Shown one piece after another: positions 19,559 through 29,148 of a stretch of 64,000 nucleotides of DNA. This stretch comes from a virus. Position numbers and translations under genes: made by a program. The notes under the pieces are model-generated. The model ran no database searches, had not been told where the DNA came from, and saw only the letters and a program-made list of their open reading frames with translations. The stretch is from the IMG/VR virus record IMGVR_UViG_3300009126_000404, positions 64,001-128,000 of that record; one strand, written 5' to 3'. The first letter of the stretch is position 1; each line of letters starts with the position of its first letter.

Positions 19559-20855
19559 TTATAAACAATTTTATGATCACGCAGTAGGTAAGTTAAAAGG
19601 TTTACCAGTAGATAAAAATACATTTTGTCCATTACCGTTTGTTCATGTAAGCACTACACCACATGGTGAAGTAAAACTATGCTGTAGATCTCGCCCACCA
19701 AAAGGAGGAAAAAATGTGAATAATCCTAATGTCAAAGATGATAACTTTGATCTTAAAGATTATTGGCATAGTGAGTATATGAATGAAATACGAGATGATC
19801 TTATATTAGGAAATAAACCACAACAATGTCAGAATTGTTGGAAGATGGAAGATATGGATATTGTTAGTCTACGATTAAACAAGCTCACTGATTTAATGGG
19901 CAATAAAACTTATATAAAAAATATAAAACATTACTTAAAGCATAGAGAAGTTGAATTTAAAATTCCTCTTATTGAACTTAAATTAAGTAATGTATGTAAT
20001 TTTAAATGTCGTATGTGCTGGCCAAAAGATAGTTCAAAATGGATGCAAGATTGGGATAAATTAAAAAAATTCTACGATAAAAAAGATCAAACCTTTATTG
20101 AAACAATTATAGATGCAAACGACTTAAGAACAACTAGAGTAATGAATTTATATGAAAAAGATGAACAATTTGTTGGACACTTAGTTGAGCTCATGGAACA
20201 TATTGAAGAACTTGAATTTGCTGGTGGCGAACCTCTAATGGATCCAATCCATTATCGTATATTAGATAGCATACCTCATCCTGAAAATGTAACTTTAAAA
20301 TATAGTACAAATCTAAGCATTATGAAAATGGGTAAACATAGTATAATAGACTTATGGAAGAAATTTAAAAGTATTAAACTCACTATTAGCATAGACGGAT
20401 ATAAGGAACTTAATACTAAAATAAGAAGAGGTTCTGATTGGGACCTGTTAAAAAAGAACATTAAACTTGTAAAAGAGAATTTAGACAATTTAGACGTTAT
20501 TAAAGGAACCACGTGTATAAGTGGAATGAATGCACAAGAATTAGGTAAAACAGCAGAAGCAATTGAGTTTGAATTAGGCATATTATGGCATACAAGCCGT
20601 ATGCAAAGCCCGGATTTCCTACATGCAAATGTTCTGAGCCCTATACAGCTGAAAGAAGGAATAGACGGCTTAAAACGGGTATTTGATAGCTTAAACACGG
20701 CGAAAAACCGCCAATCTGCTGGACGCTTTATGTTAGAAGCTCACTTAAATGGAGCTATTAGTTGGCTACAATCATGCATAGATAATAACAAACATACAGA
20801 GAAATATGAGCAATTTTTAAAGTTTAATAACACGATAGAGGATATGGATAAATGA
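19551..20855 (+). CDS. Twitch-domain radical SAM protein
   Basis: CPLPF...CC...CQNC; CNFKCRMC; AGGEP. Confidence 0.92.
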   Translation: MDNYKQFYDHAVGKLKGLPVDKNTFCPLPFVHVSTTPHGEVKLCCRSRPPKGGKNVNNPNVKDDNFDLKDYWHSEYMNEIRDDLILGNKPQQCQNCWKMEDMDIVSLRLNKLTDLMGNKTYIKNIKHYLKHREVEFKIPLIELKLSNVCNFKCRMCWPKDSSKWMQDWDKLKKFYDKKDQTFIETIIDANDLRTTRVMNLYEKDEQFVGHLVELMEHIEELEFAGGEPLMDPIHYRILDSIPHPENVTLKYSTNLSIMKMGKHSIIDLWKKFKSIKLTISIDGYKELNTKIRRGSDWDLLKKNIKLVKENLDNLDVIKGTTCISGMNAQELGKTAEAIEFELGILWHTSRMQSPDFLHANVLSPIQLKEGIDGLKRVFDSLNTAKNRQSAGRFMLEAHLNGAISWLQSCIDNNKHTEKYEQFLKFNNTIEDMDK

Positions 20856-22021
20856 CAGATAAAGACTTAAAATGGAGTGAATACGATTTTACCGCTACAC
20901 CGTATGATGATATTGTACGAGTAGGGCAACGTACAATGCTGTACCGTGATTTATTTACAGTTAGTTGGTTGTTAGGTAGATTCTGTAATTATAAATGTTC
21001 TTATTGTTGGCCTTATGCTAGAAGTGATAGGAAAGACCATAGACCAACTAAACTTAATTTAAAAACTATTGATGAAATAAAAAGACAAGCACGTGAACGT
21101 GGTTTTAATAGTTTTCATTTTAGTTTAAGTGGAGGTGAGCCAACGTTCCATCCAGGTTATCTTGATATGCTTAAACATCTAAGCGATGATGTACACAATA
21201 CAAATTATACAAGTGTGCATATGACTTCAAACTGTAGCCGTAACATGAAATGGTTCCAAACATATGTAGAATATGCGGCTAAGTTTCACCGTGCAAGTAT
21301 TACAGCAAGTTTACATACAGAGCATGTTAATACACCTAAAAAAATGCAAGACTTTGCAGACAAGTTAATATTTTGCCAAGAACATGACGTGCAGGTTACA
21401 ATTAATCAAGTTATGGTTCCAAATTGGTTTGATAGAGATTGGGAAAATGCATTGTTCTTTCATAATCAAGGAATCAATGTAACACTTAAACCTCAATCAG
21501 ATCCTACTGCAAGTAAAATTGTAGATGGGTATACTGATGAGATGTTAAAAAGATTACATAACGGAATGCCACAACGTGGATACACAGAAGTTAAAGCAAA
21601 ACAAACACAATTAGTAAAACGTCCTAAGCCAGAATTTGAAATTGACTATGATGATGAATATAGAAAACAAAGTGCTAATGTTCCTTGGCATATGCAAATA
21701 GAATTTAGAGATAGCAAAGGTAAACCTTGGTATATGGACCAAGCAGAACGATTCAATGCTTTTAATTTTAATAACTTTAAAGGTTGGGAATGTAGTTCTG
21801 GTTATCGTAGTATAATTATTAGAGAACCCGATGGAAGTGTAAAACGTTCATACAGTTGTATGGATCAACCTTTAGGGAATATTGAAACAGGATTTAAATT
21901 GTTTGATGGCCCTACTAAATGTATAACTGGTGCTTGTGTTTCAAGTGCTGATAGTAAAATACCAAAAAGAGCACCTGGAACTAAAATGGGATTGTGGCCG
22001 GGAGATAAATCATTTGGATAA
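20852..22021 (+). CDS. Radical SAM protein with C-terminal SPASM-like domain
   Basis: WLLGRFCNYKCSYC; SGGEP; C-terminal Cys cluster. Confidence 0.9.
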   Translation: MTDKDLKWSEYDFTATPYDDIVRVGQRTMLYRDLFTVSWLLGRFCNYKCSYCWPYARSDRKDHRPTKLNLKTIDEIKRQARERGFNSFHFSLSGGEPTFHPGYLDMLKHLSDDVHNTNYTSVHMTSNCSRNMKWFQTYVEYAAKFHRASITASLHTEHVNTPKKMQDFADKLIFCQEHDVQVTINQVMVPNWFDRDWENALFFHNQGINVTLKPQSDPTASKIVDGYTDEMLKRLHNGMPQRGYTEVKAKQTQLVKRPKPEFEIDYDDEYRKQSANVPWHMQIEFRDSKGKPWYMDQAERFNAFNFNNFKGWECSSGYRSIIIREPDGSVKRSYSCMDQPLGNIETGFKLFDGPTKCITGACVSSADSKIPKRAPGTKMGLWPGDKSFG

Positions 22022-22271
22022 AGAATGGAAAGATTTTATTGATACACAAAGACGAGGTGAGAATTGGGACCGATCTTCAATCTACGCTGTTGGATTTCCT
22101 AAGGAAATAAGAAAATGGACATGGTTACCAAAACGTATGACTAGTAAAAAAATTGTATGGATTGGATATTATTATGAGATTTTTAAAACTTTTAGTACAG
22201 GTAAATCTGAATATTGGCTTAGAACTAAGTATTCAGAACATGAATATTTTTTTAAGAAATTAAAGAATTAA
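21930..22271 (+). CDS. Hypothetical protein (true start probably near 22014)
   Basis: Open frame filling the gap after the rSAM operon; the 5' part overlaps the previous gene. Confidence 0.4.
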   Translation: MLVFQVLIVKYQKEHLELKWDCGREINHLDKEWKDFIDTQRRGENWDRSSIYAVGFPKEIRKWTWLPKRMTSKKIVWIGYYYEIFKTFSTGKSEYWLRTKYSEHEYFFKKLKN

Positions 22272-22723
22272 ATTTGTGTCCAGGCTTTTTTAGCCCAACC
22301 GTTTTCTTGAGCCCAACGTACGAATAATCCTACTTCCATCCCATTCGCTTCTATTTCCCAAGGTAAATCCCAATAGTCAGTTTTCTCAGGTACAGAAGTG
22401 CCTTTCCACTTATAATATTTTTCATCGTGAACCCAATCGTTCATTTCATTACGTGCATATTGCTTTACGTGAACCATTTCGTGTGCAACAGTTTCGAGCA
22501 TTTTACGTAAACCTTGATTATTACTAATTTCTATTTCAAAATCTCTAGGTGAATTACGTAAACAATAGCCATCTGCATCTTCTTTTTTCTCTATATTTTT
22601 AATTTGAACTTCTATTTCTAAAGTTCGCATTCTAGGCATTAACTTATTAATGCAGTATTCTACCATTGAATGAACTTTTTCTTGCTGGCTTTTAGTGCCA
22701 CCCGTCACTTCGATGTAGTTCAT
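22268..22723 (-). CDS. Zinc metallopeptidase-like (SprT-like) phage protein
   Basis: AHEMVH (HExxH) and PWEIEA. Confidence 0.75.
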   Translation of the reverse strand: MNYIEVTGGTKSQQEKVHSMVEYCINKLMPRMRTLEIEVQIKNIEKKEDADGYCLRNSPRDFEIEISNNQGLRKMLETVAHEMVHVKQYARNEMNDWVHDEKYYKWKGTSVPEKTDYWDLPWEIEANGMEVGLFVRWAQENGWAKKAWTQI

Positions 22724-22728
22724 ATTGC

Positions 22729-22944
22729 TTATCTCTCAAGAACTAGATATTCACCAAAATAATTATCAAAAACTTGAACTAAGTTTTCGTAATCTCCCTC
22801 TGACATTTCTGTTATAATAGTTTTGTAATCTAAACCAAGTTCTTTTCCATATCTTTTAGCATAAGCCATTAAGGCAAATGCATTGCCATCTGGACCAGTT
22901 AAATCTATAACTATCTCATTTTGTGGTTGTTTTTCTCTAATCAT
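22729..22944 (-). CDS. Hypothetical early phage protein
   Basis: IDLTGPDGNAF motif; lies directly under a consensus sigma70 promoter. Confidence 0.65.
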   Translation of the reverse strand: MIREKQPQNEIVIDLTGPDGNAFALMAYAKRYGKELGLDYKTIITEMSEGDYENLVQVFDNYFGEYLVLER

Positions 22945-22976
22945 TTTAACCGTCCTTTTTTAATTTCTATACTACT

Positions 22977-23005
22977 ATTATAACAAGATTTCTTGGCTAT
23001 GTCAA
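22977..23005 (-). promoter_or_regulatory. Sigma70 promoter TTGACA-N17-TATAAT with CAAGAnnTCTTG palindrome in the spacer
   Basis: Exact consensus hexamers at 23000-23005 and 22977-22982. Confidence 0.85.
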
Positions 23006-23015
23006 CCTGTTTAAT

Positions 23016-23046
23016 CACAAAAAAACCCTTGTATATCAAGGGCTTC
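23016..23046 (-). terminator. Intrinsic terminator (CCCTTG/CAAGGG hairpin + U tract) just upstream of the promoter
   Basis: cccttg tatat caaggg stem flanked by an A7 run on + (U tract on -). Confidence 0.65.
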
Positions 23047-23211
23047 TAAATTAAATCATGCTTTAAAATATATATCCAAGCTCTAGCCTGTTCTTTTGTA
23101 TATCCATTTTGACGCATATGCCTATATATTCTGCAAATGTGCATATCACCAGTTCCTAGGGCTTAGTAACCTGTATTCGTTCATCTTGGTAGATAATGTC
23201 TCTGTAGACTC

Positions 23212-23796
23212 TCATGGTATATCATTGTCATTATAATTACGAGGTCTATTTTCGCCTTCATCTGGCTGATCATGTATATTTTCTATCATTCTATGGTCTA
23301 CACCACTATTTTCTAATGTTTGTTTTTTCTCTGGTAATGGATGACGTTCAATATCATCAAAATGTATTCTATTAGGATCATGTGATAAATCTCCTGTATC
23401 AGGCTCTCCCTTTTTGAACTCTCCTTCCATTCGCTGACCTTTCATCATTGCTTTCAGTAATCTATCCATTTCTTTAGCATTGGCAGTTGTATAAGGTATA
23501 ACATAATATGTAGGTTCTGTTTCACCAAGATGTCTTACTGTAAAGAAGATTTCTGGTTTTTGCACTTCTACCCATACAACTTCTACGTTGCCCTCGGGTA
23601 GGCTATTAATAGGAGTTCCTTGTAATGCAAATAGTGTATAACTAGTATATATACTAGCCACTAACGCAAGTGGAATAAGAAAAAATGTTAAAACATTGTT
23701 TTTTCCTAATTGTATTAACGCATATACAGTAAGTACCGCCAATGCAAAAAGCAAACCTATAGATCCATAAATCATATTTCCAGTAAGTATATCCAT
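23212..23796 (-). CDS. Membrane protein, third gene of the ExbB/TolQ-like cassette
   Basis: Two N-terminal hydrophobic helices; operon position. Confidence 0.6.
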   Translation of the reverse strand: MDILTGNMIYGSIGLLFALAVLTVYALIQLGKNNVLTFFLIPLALVASIYTSYTLFALQGTPINSLPEGNVEVVWVEVQKPEIFFTVRHLGETEPTYYVIPYTTANAKEMDRLLKAMMKGQRMEGEFKKGEPDTGDLSHDPNRIHFDDIERHPLPEKKQTLENSGVDHRMIENIHDQPDEGENRPRNYNDNDIP

Positions 23797-23798
23797 TA

Positions 23799-24473
23799 TT
23801 ATTCTCCGCCTACTCCATAGGTTCCTATATAATCTGCATCTACACTTTCTCTACTATGTCCTCTAGTTGGTACTACATCTTTAAAATGTTTAAATATTGA
23901 CCTTACTCTGCCATTAGCTTCTACTGTAAATGCTGGCAATCTATTTATTTCTCTATCCACCATAAGTACTCCACTTAAACTATATAGTTGTCTAAATGGA
24001 TTAACTTTTATAACTGTAACTGTATAAGGAATAGATATTTCTTTTTTATGATATGCATGTACTACAACAAAATAATCACCAGGTACAATACCTCTAATAG
24101 TTGTAGTTTCTCTATTTACCTTAACAATATGTGTAACACCGTCAATAACAATTTTGTCATTTGTTGTACCTAAATCATCTCTGTCTAAATGTAATGGTGT
24201 GTTTTCTCTATTGCTAAATCCTACTGGAAGTTTATCGTCCAACTGGACCCATAAATCCACATCATCTGTAGCATCCTCGTCCCATTCAAGCACAATAATA
24301 AATTCTGCTTTAACTGGAATATCTGCTTTTTTTGCTATAGGATTAATAAGAAGAAATGCTATAACAAATAGCATAACAAAGCCAATTAAAACATTAAATA
24401 AAAGATCATTAAATGCTAAGTTAGAACCTGTTCGTCTTTTTTTTCCTGAAAAGAAGTTTTCGTCTTTATGCAT
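23799..24473 (-). CDS. ExbD/MotB-like single-TM protein with soluble beta domain
   Basis: AFNDLLFNVLIGFVMLF TM segment with conserved Asp; WDEDATDDVDLWV. Confidence 0.55.
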   Translation of the reverse strand: MHKDENFFSGKKRRTGSNLAFNDLLFNVLIGFVMLFVIAFLLINPIAKKADIPVKAEFIIVLEWDEDATDDVDLWVQLDDKLPVGFSNRENTPLHLDRDDLGTTNDKIVIDGVTHIVKVNRETTTIRGIVPGDYFVVVHAYHKKEISIPYTVTVIKVNPFRQLYSLSGVLMVDREINRLPAFTVEANGRVRSIFKHFKDVVPTRGHSRESVDADYIGTYGVGGE

Positions 24474-24906
24474 ATTCTTGCTCTTGTATAATTACTTGCA
24501 CTTTAACACCCAAACTGGCTACCAAGCCACATAATGTTGTTAATAGAGCAGTACTCATACCAGCCGCCATGTCAATAATAACCCGTTTCATGCTTTCTAC
24601 ATTATTAGGGTCTATCTCAGTAAAACTACTGCCAAGCATAAGCATGAAACCAACAACGGTTCCTATCATACCAACGGTCATACATGACTCGCCAATGAAC
24701 CATGGGGTTTCAAAATCATTTCTATCTTTGAAACTTCTGTAGCCGATACTTGCTGTTGCAATTAGCCACATTGTCATAATAACAAAACTTAGTCTTGTTA
24801 TGTCATGTTCTAGAAGGAACGGTATTGCATTATAATAAACTGCGGTTCCAAATCCGATTAACTGCATGACAACAATCAACCACCAAACTAAAAATCTCTT
24901 CTTCAT
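24466..24906 (-). CDS. MotA/TolQ/ExbB proton channel family protein
   Basis: GMIGTVVGF and GMSTALLTTLCGL helices. Confidence 0.85.
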   Translation of the reverse strand: MKKRFLVWWLIVVMQLIGFGTAVYYNAIPFLLEHDITRLSFVIMTMWLIATASIGYRSFKDRNDFETPWFIGESCMTVGMIGTVVGFMLMLGSSFTEIDPNNVESMKRVIIDMAAGMSTALLTTLCGLVASLGVKVQVIIQEQEYA

Positions 24907-24944
24907 TCAACTTCCTCTCATTTAAAAGTAACTTTAGTTACTAA

Positions 24945-24952
24945 TATTTATC
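24945..24952 (-). promoter_or_regulatory. T4-late-like promoter GATAAATA
   Basis: Octamer about 40 nt upstream of the ExbB-like start. Confidence 0.5.
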
Positions 24953-25198
24953 TTATACTTCTTTAGATAAACGAAAAAGCATTGCCTGTTCTTCCTCAAA
25001 CAGTAAATAAACTTGAACAAATGCACTTTGGTCGACACACGTATCAAAGTCTTTATATCTACTAGTTTCAGTAAATATTACTCTTTTAGGTTGATATTCT
25101 TTTACTAATTGCTGTACTTGTTCTATTGTTCCTGAGACCTTGTATGATATTTGCTCTCCAAAGTATTCTAAACTTTTATCAATTTTTATTGGCCTCAT
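24953..25198 (-). CDS. Hypothetical protein
   Basis: 81-aa ORF in operon context. Confidence 0.55.
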   Translation of the reverse strand: MRPIKIDKSLEYFGEQISYKVSGTIEQVQQLVKEYQPKRVIFTETSRYKDFDTCVDQSAFVQVYLLFEEEQAMLFRLSKEV

Positions 25199-26144
25199 TA
25201 CACAATATATTCGTTAAAAAATCGCTTCTAGTAATTATTTTCAATCTATCTTTTGTATCAGCTTTAACAAATATATCATGGAACTCTTCGAGTAATTCGA
25301 GGTTCGGTGAAATCTCTAAGCTGTCACATACGTATTTATAGTATTCAGTACCGGTATTAACATTAGCTGTTAACTCATTTACTTCAAATAATATGACATT
25401 GCTTATCTCTGAAAAATCGTCAATATTCCCTACTGACAAAAATTCTTTGGTGAAAAGGTTTACACCTTCTTCTATTGTGTAATCAAGACCACGCTCTAAC
25501 GCCATATTACATAACGCAATTGGCTTGTCCTTGATAAAGTTGGCTGCCTGACTAGGCTTCCGATGTGATATTTTTCTCCCCATTTTAGACAAAAACATAT
25601 CAAATGATGTATATGTATCTTGATCTAAATTATAACGGAAAGTTAACTTTCCTAGATTATCTTCATTAATAATAGTGGTATTATCTGGATTATACCTAAC
25701 ATTATGATCATATATGTATAATGGGCGTGGTTGCTTTGTAAAATACATACATTGATTAGGGTGTTTAGTTGCTAAGTTACCTATTTCGACACTACCAGGT
25801 AAACAAAATTTAAAATCACTATTTAATATAGGTTCATTTTCTATATCTGTACAATCACTTAATAATTCTTTTAATAATTCTAAATAATTTTCGTGGTTTA
25901 TTGTGTCCGCATAATTAGGTAATAAATTAACAATACCAACTACTCTCTCTGCATTCTGATCAGCATTGCTAATCATTAGCTCTTTATTTCTATATAGAAA
26001 GCATCTTTGTTCTGCTATTTCATTTAGGTGTTGTGGGAACGCTCCTACCTCTTCTGAATAGGTCAATAAGTGTTGTAATATACTTGATTGACCACATGTA
26101 TCTTTGTAGTTTACATTAAGTAAAAGGTTAGGTATTTTTTCCAT
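25179..26144 (-). CDS. Hypothetical protein
   Basis: 321-aa ORF downstream of the clamp loader; no motif recognised. Confidence 0.65.
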   Translation of the reverse strand: MEKIPNLLLNVNYKDTCGQSSILQHLLTYSEEVGAFPQHLNEIAEQRCFLYRNKELMISNADQNAERVVGIVNLLPNYADTINHENYLELLKELLSDCTDIENEPILNSDFKFCLPGSVEIGNLATKHPNQCMYFTKQPRPLYIYDHNVRYNPDNTTIINEDNLGKLTFRYNLDQDTYTSFDMFLSKMGRKISHRKPSQAANFIKDKPIALCNMALERGLDYTIEEGVNLFTKEFLSVGNIDDFSEISNVILFEVNELTANVNTGTEYYKYVCDSLEISPNLELLEEFHDIFVKADTKDRLKIITRSDFLTNILCNEANKN

Positions 26145-27063
26145 TTAGTGTTCTTGCAATTTCTACCATAGTAGCACTTAGATTAATCTCTGGATCTGCT
26201 ACTTGAGTATGTTTAATCATACCCTCTCTAATTGCTAGTACACAACTATCATATTGGAAATTATCATTAGTATACAAATCTAAGTTTCTGTATAACCATG
26301 TAAATATCTCATTGTACTCGTCTGCTCTAGCACTTCCAATAATAAGTTTACGTGCATCTTGTATTTTTCCTTCTTTGAATAATTCTACCATTTTAACACG
26401 CCATTCTGCTGTATTACTACCATCTTCTGGTAGAGTGAGCTCATTATCAATAACACTCATTTGTACTGTATTAATAGTTTTACGTAAATCAGGATAATTA
26501 GCACGAACCATTGCATCTAATGTATCTATATCAAACTTAACATTATTTTCTGCTAAAATTTCACCTACTCTAACAGTAAAATCAGTTTGATCTAATTGTT
26601 CTATATGGAATCCTTGACATCTACTATGCAATGCTGGAATAATCATGTTGGGCCAATTACAAGTTAAGATAAACCTTACACTTGCATGATATTGTTCCAT
26701 TACACCACGTAATGCCGCTTGACCTTCTGGACTAATATGATCGGCCTCATCAAGTAGAATGATCTTAAAGTCACCCCATGGCATAGTTTCACTAAATGCA
26801 CTAATTCTTTTACGAATCATTTCAACACCGTTATCACGACTCGCATTAATATACAGTACATCAGCACCTTCTACTTTAAGTTCTGATATAAGTACCTTTG
26901 CTAGTGTTGTTTTACCTGTACCTGGACTACCACTAAAAAGTAAATGTGGAATGCCTCCATCATCTATCCAACTCTGTACTTGTTTACGTTGTGAATTGTC
27001 TCTAAAGACATATTCTTCGACCTTATTCGGTCTATACTTCTCAACCCACAAATCAGTTGCCAT
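26128..27063 (-). CDS. Clamp loader AAA+ subunit (T4 gp44 / RFC small subunit-like)
   Basis: LWVEKYRP, GSPGTGKTT, LDEAD, SRC. Confidence 0.93.
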   Translation of the reverse strand: MATDLWVEKYRPNKVEEYVFRDNSQRKQVQSWIDDGGIPHLLFSGSPGTGKTTLAKVLISELKVEGADVLYINASRDNGVEMIRKRISAFSETMPWGDFKIILLDEADHISPEGQAALRGVMEQYHASVRFILTCNWPNMIIPALHSRCQGFHIEQLDQTDFTVRVGEILAENNVKFDIDTLDAMVRANYPDLRKTINTVQMSVIDNELTLPEDGSNTAEWRVKMVELFKEGKIQDARKLIIGSARADEYNEIFTWLYRNLDLYTNDNFQYDSCVLAIREGMIKHTQVADPEINLSATMVEIARTLNGKNT

Positions 27064-27066
27064 TAA

Positions 27067-27579
27067 TTATTCCTCTTTTTGCTTGGTATATTTAATATTC
27101 ATTGTTTCATATTTCTCAAAAGGTTGATGAATCCAAGGTGACCCTTTTAAGTAATCTACTGCATAATATGGTTTAAATTTTGATACTGCTTTTGACCATA
27201 TAACCGCTGTTCTAACTTCTTCCATATAAAACCCATAATAATGTTCAAGCCATTCGAGAGTTTTCTCAAGTGTTACACCTGAATCTGCTAAATCATCTAC
27301 TAATAAAACTCTTGAACCTATATTAGGTGTTGTTTTTGCAAGATCTCTGCTAAATGTAATACCACCTTGCTTATCTTTAATACCTGTACCGCTGTATGAT
27401 TCAACTGAAATTATTGCTAATGGTACATCAAAAATACGAGCTAGTACATCTCCCACTCTTAGTCCACCTTTTGCTATACAAACTATTTGATTAAAGTTAT
27501 ATCCATCAGTATGGATTTGCATTGCTAACTCTTCTACTTTTTTATTATATTCATCCCATGTCACATATAAATCTGCCAT
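27067..27579 (-). CDS. Type I phosphoribosyltransferase (xanthine/guanine PRT-like)
   Basis: VLLVDDLADSGVTL PRPP-binding motif; WIHQPFE tail. Confidence 0.88.
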   Translation of the reverse strand: MADLYVTWDEYNKKVEELAMQIHTDGYNFNQIVCIAKGGLRVGDVLARIFDVPLAIISVESYSGTGIKDKQGGITFSRDLAKTTPNIGSRVLLVDDLADSGVTLEKTLEWLEHYYGFYMEEVRTAVIWSKAVSKFKPYYAVDYLKGSPWIHQPFEKYETMNIKYTKQKEE

Positions 27580-27588
27580 GTCTATCTC

Positions 27589-27729
27589 CTACAATAGTTT
27601 ACCTATTTCTATTCCAACAACTAATCCGATTCCACCAACCAGAAGTAGCATCATTTGATTTAATTGTTTATGAATCTTACGAATTTTAGTCATTGTATTA
27701 TCTAAATCTTTAAATTTATCTTCAGTCAT
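27589..27729 (-). CDS. Small membrane protein (46 aa, not in ORF track)
   Basis: MTEDKFKDLD...LLLVGGIGLVVGIEIGKLL; GGAG RBS upstream. Confidence 0.5.
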   Translation of the reverse strand: MTEDKFKDLDNTMTKIRKIHKQLNQMMLLLVGGIGLVVGIEIGKLL

Positions 27730-27743
27730 ATACCTCTCCTTAG

Positions 27744-27923
27744 TTAAATTATGCCGTTTTCCCAATTCTCAGCACAATCTTCTGCGTAACGTTTACTATG
27801 ATCACCCATTGATCTTTCTTCTACCAATTCGTCACCCACATACATTTTTACAACATAATGTGTTTCTTCAACTATTACTGCCTTACGATCTTTTGTTTTA
27901 AATTTTATTGGTCCAGTTTTCAT
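27744..27923 (-). CDS. Small hypothetical phage protein (59 aa, not in ORF track)
   Basis: MKTGPIKFKT...HSKRYAEDCAENWENGII; overlaps the upstream stop. Confidence 0.55.
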   Translation of the reverse strand: MKTGPIKFKTKDRKAVIVEETHYVVKMYVGDELVEERSMGDHSKRYAEDCAENWENGII

Positions 27924-28147
27924 TTCTTATTCCCTTTAAATAAACCTGGAAATACTTTTTCTATAAGTTCCATCATACCCATAATTGCAACTACTGCCCA
28001 ACCTACAGGGCCTGCAAAAAATAAATATGTAAATATTTGCCATGTTTTTGCATCTTTGCCTACAGTTCTTTTAGCAATCATCATAGCAATTATGAACCAT
28101 AACAACATTGCACTCACAATACATATAACTTGAAAAATTAATTCCAT
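27920..28147 (-). CDS. Small membrane protein
   Basis: Two hydrophobic helices in 75 aa. Confidence 0.55.
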   Translation of the reverse strand: MELIFQVICIVSAMLLWFIIAMMIAKRTVGKDAKTWQIFTYLFFAGPVGWAVVAIMGMMELIEKVFPGLFKGNKK

Positions 28148-28157
28148 ATTCTATTCC

Positions 28158-29126
28158 TTATACTTTCTGTGTAAACAAACTGCTTACACTCTCTTCGTTT
28201 GATACTCGCCTAATGGCTTCACCAAACATTGTTGCCACACTTACCATTCGTGTTTTCTTACAATCATTAGGACATCTAAAATCAATACTGTCCGTGATTA
28301 CTAATTCTTCCAATACACTTTTCTCAACTCTTTGACATGCTTCACCAGTTAAAACACCATGTGTAATATATGCTCTTACACTTAATGCACCAGCATCTAT
28401 AATTGCCTTTGCCGCATTACATAATGTTCCACCACTGTCAACAATATCATCAACTATTACTGCATGACAATCTTCCACGTCACCAATAATATTCATAACT
28501 TCACTAACACCCGGTCTAGCTCTACGTTTATCAACAATAGCAATATCTCCACCAAATACTTCAGCGAACTTACGAGCTCTCATAGTACCGCCTGCATCAG
28601 GTGAAACAAATACTGTTTCGAGGTTTTTTATACTAGTTTTTTCTTTCATGCCAAAGGCTTTTTTAATATCCTTTGCAAATGAAATTCTACTAGTTAAGTC
28701 GTCTACAGGAATATCAAAAAATCCTTGGATTTGCCCTGCATGTAAATCCATTGTAAGTATTCTATTTGCACCTGCTTTAGTTATTAAATTAGCAATAAGT
28801 TTTGCTGTAATTGGTGTACGACTTGCACTTTTACGATCTTGTCTAGCATATCCGTAATATGGTATCACTGCGGTAATACGTTTAGCACTACTACGTTTAG
28901 CGGCATCAATCATAATTAATAATTCCATTAAATTATCATTTGCTGGTGCACTAATTGATTGTATTATAAAAACATCTTCACCACGTATATTTTGTAAAAA
29001 TTCTACACTACTTTCGCCATCTGCAAAGGCTTTGATTTCTGCAGGAACAAGGGTCGCAAAACAATACTCGGCAATTTTTTCTGCCATTACTATATTACTA
29101 TTTCCGGATATTATCTTTATTTTCAT
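28158..29126 (-). CDS. prs: Ribose-phosphate pyrophosphokinase (PRPP synthetase)
   Basis: FADGE, YYGYARQDRK, DLHAGQIQGFF, VSPDAGG, VDDIVDSGGTL. Confidence 0.97.
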   Translation of the reverse strand: MKIKIISGNSNIVMAEKIAEYCFATLVPAEIKAFADGESSVEFLQNIRGEDVFIIQSISAPANDNLMELLIMIDAAKRSSAKRITAVIPYYGYARQDRKSASRTPITAKLIANLITKAGANRILTMDLHAGQIQGFFDIPVDDLTSRISFAKDIKKAFGMKEKTSIKNLETVFVSPDAGGTMRARKFAEVFGGDIAIVDKRRARPGVSEVMNIIGDVEDCHAVIVDDIVDSGGTLCNAAKAIIDAGALSVRAYITHGVLTGEACQRVEKSVLEELVITDSIDFRCPNDCKKTRMVSVATMFGEAIRRVSNEESVSSLFTQKV

Positions 29127-29148
29127 TTAAATTCCGTTTTATTATATT

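Noticed and set aside
2125-22021. Assigning the rSAM genes to known cofactor pathways (MoaA, PqqE, NirJ, anSME, QueE)
   Set aside because: Partner genes and family-specific signatures are absent, and the domain order differs; no specific gene symbol is justified
23050-23211. Small ORFs in the gap upstream of the 22977 promoter (e.g. a 32-aa MHICRIYRH...)
   Set aside because: Too short and without a clear RBS to support
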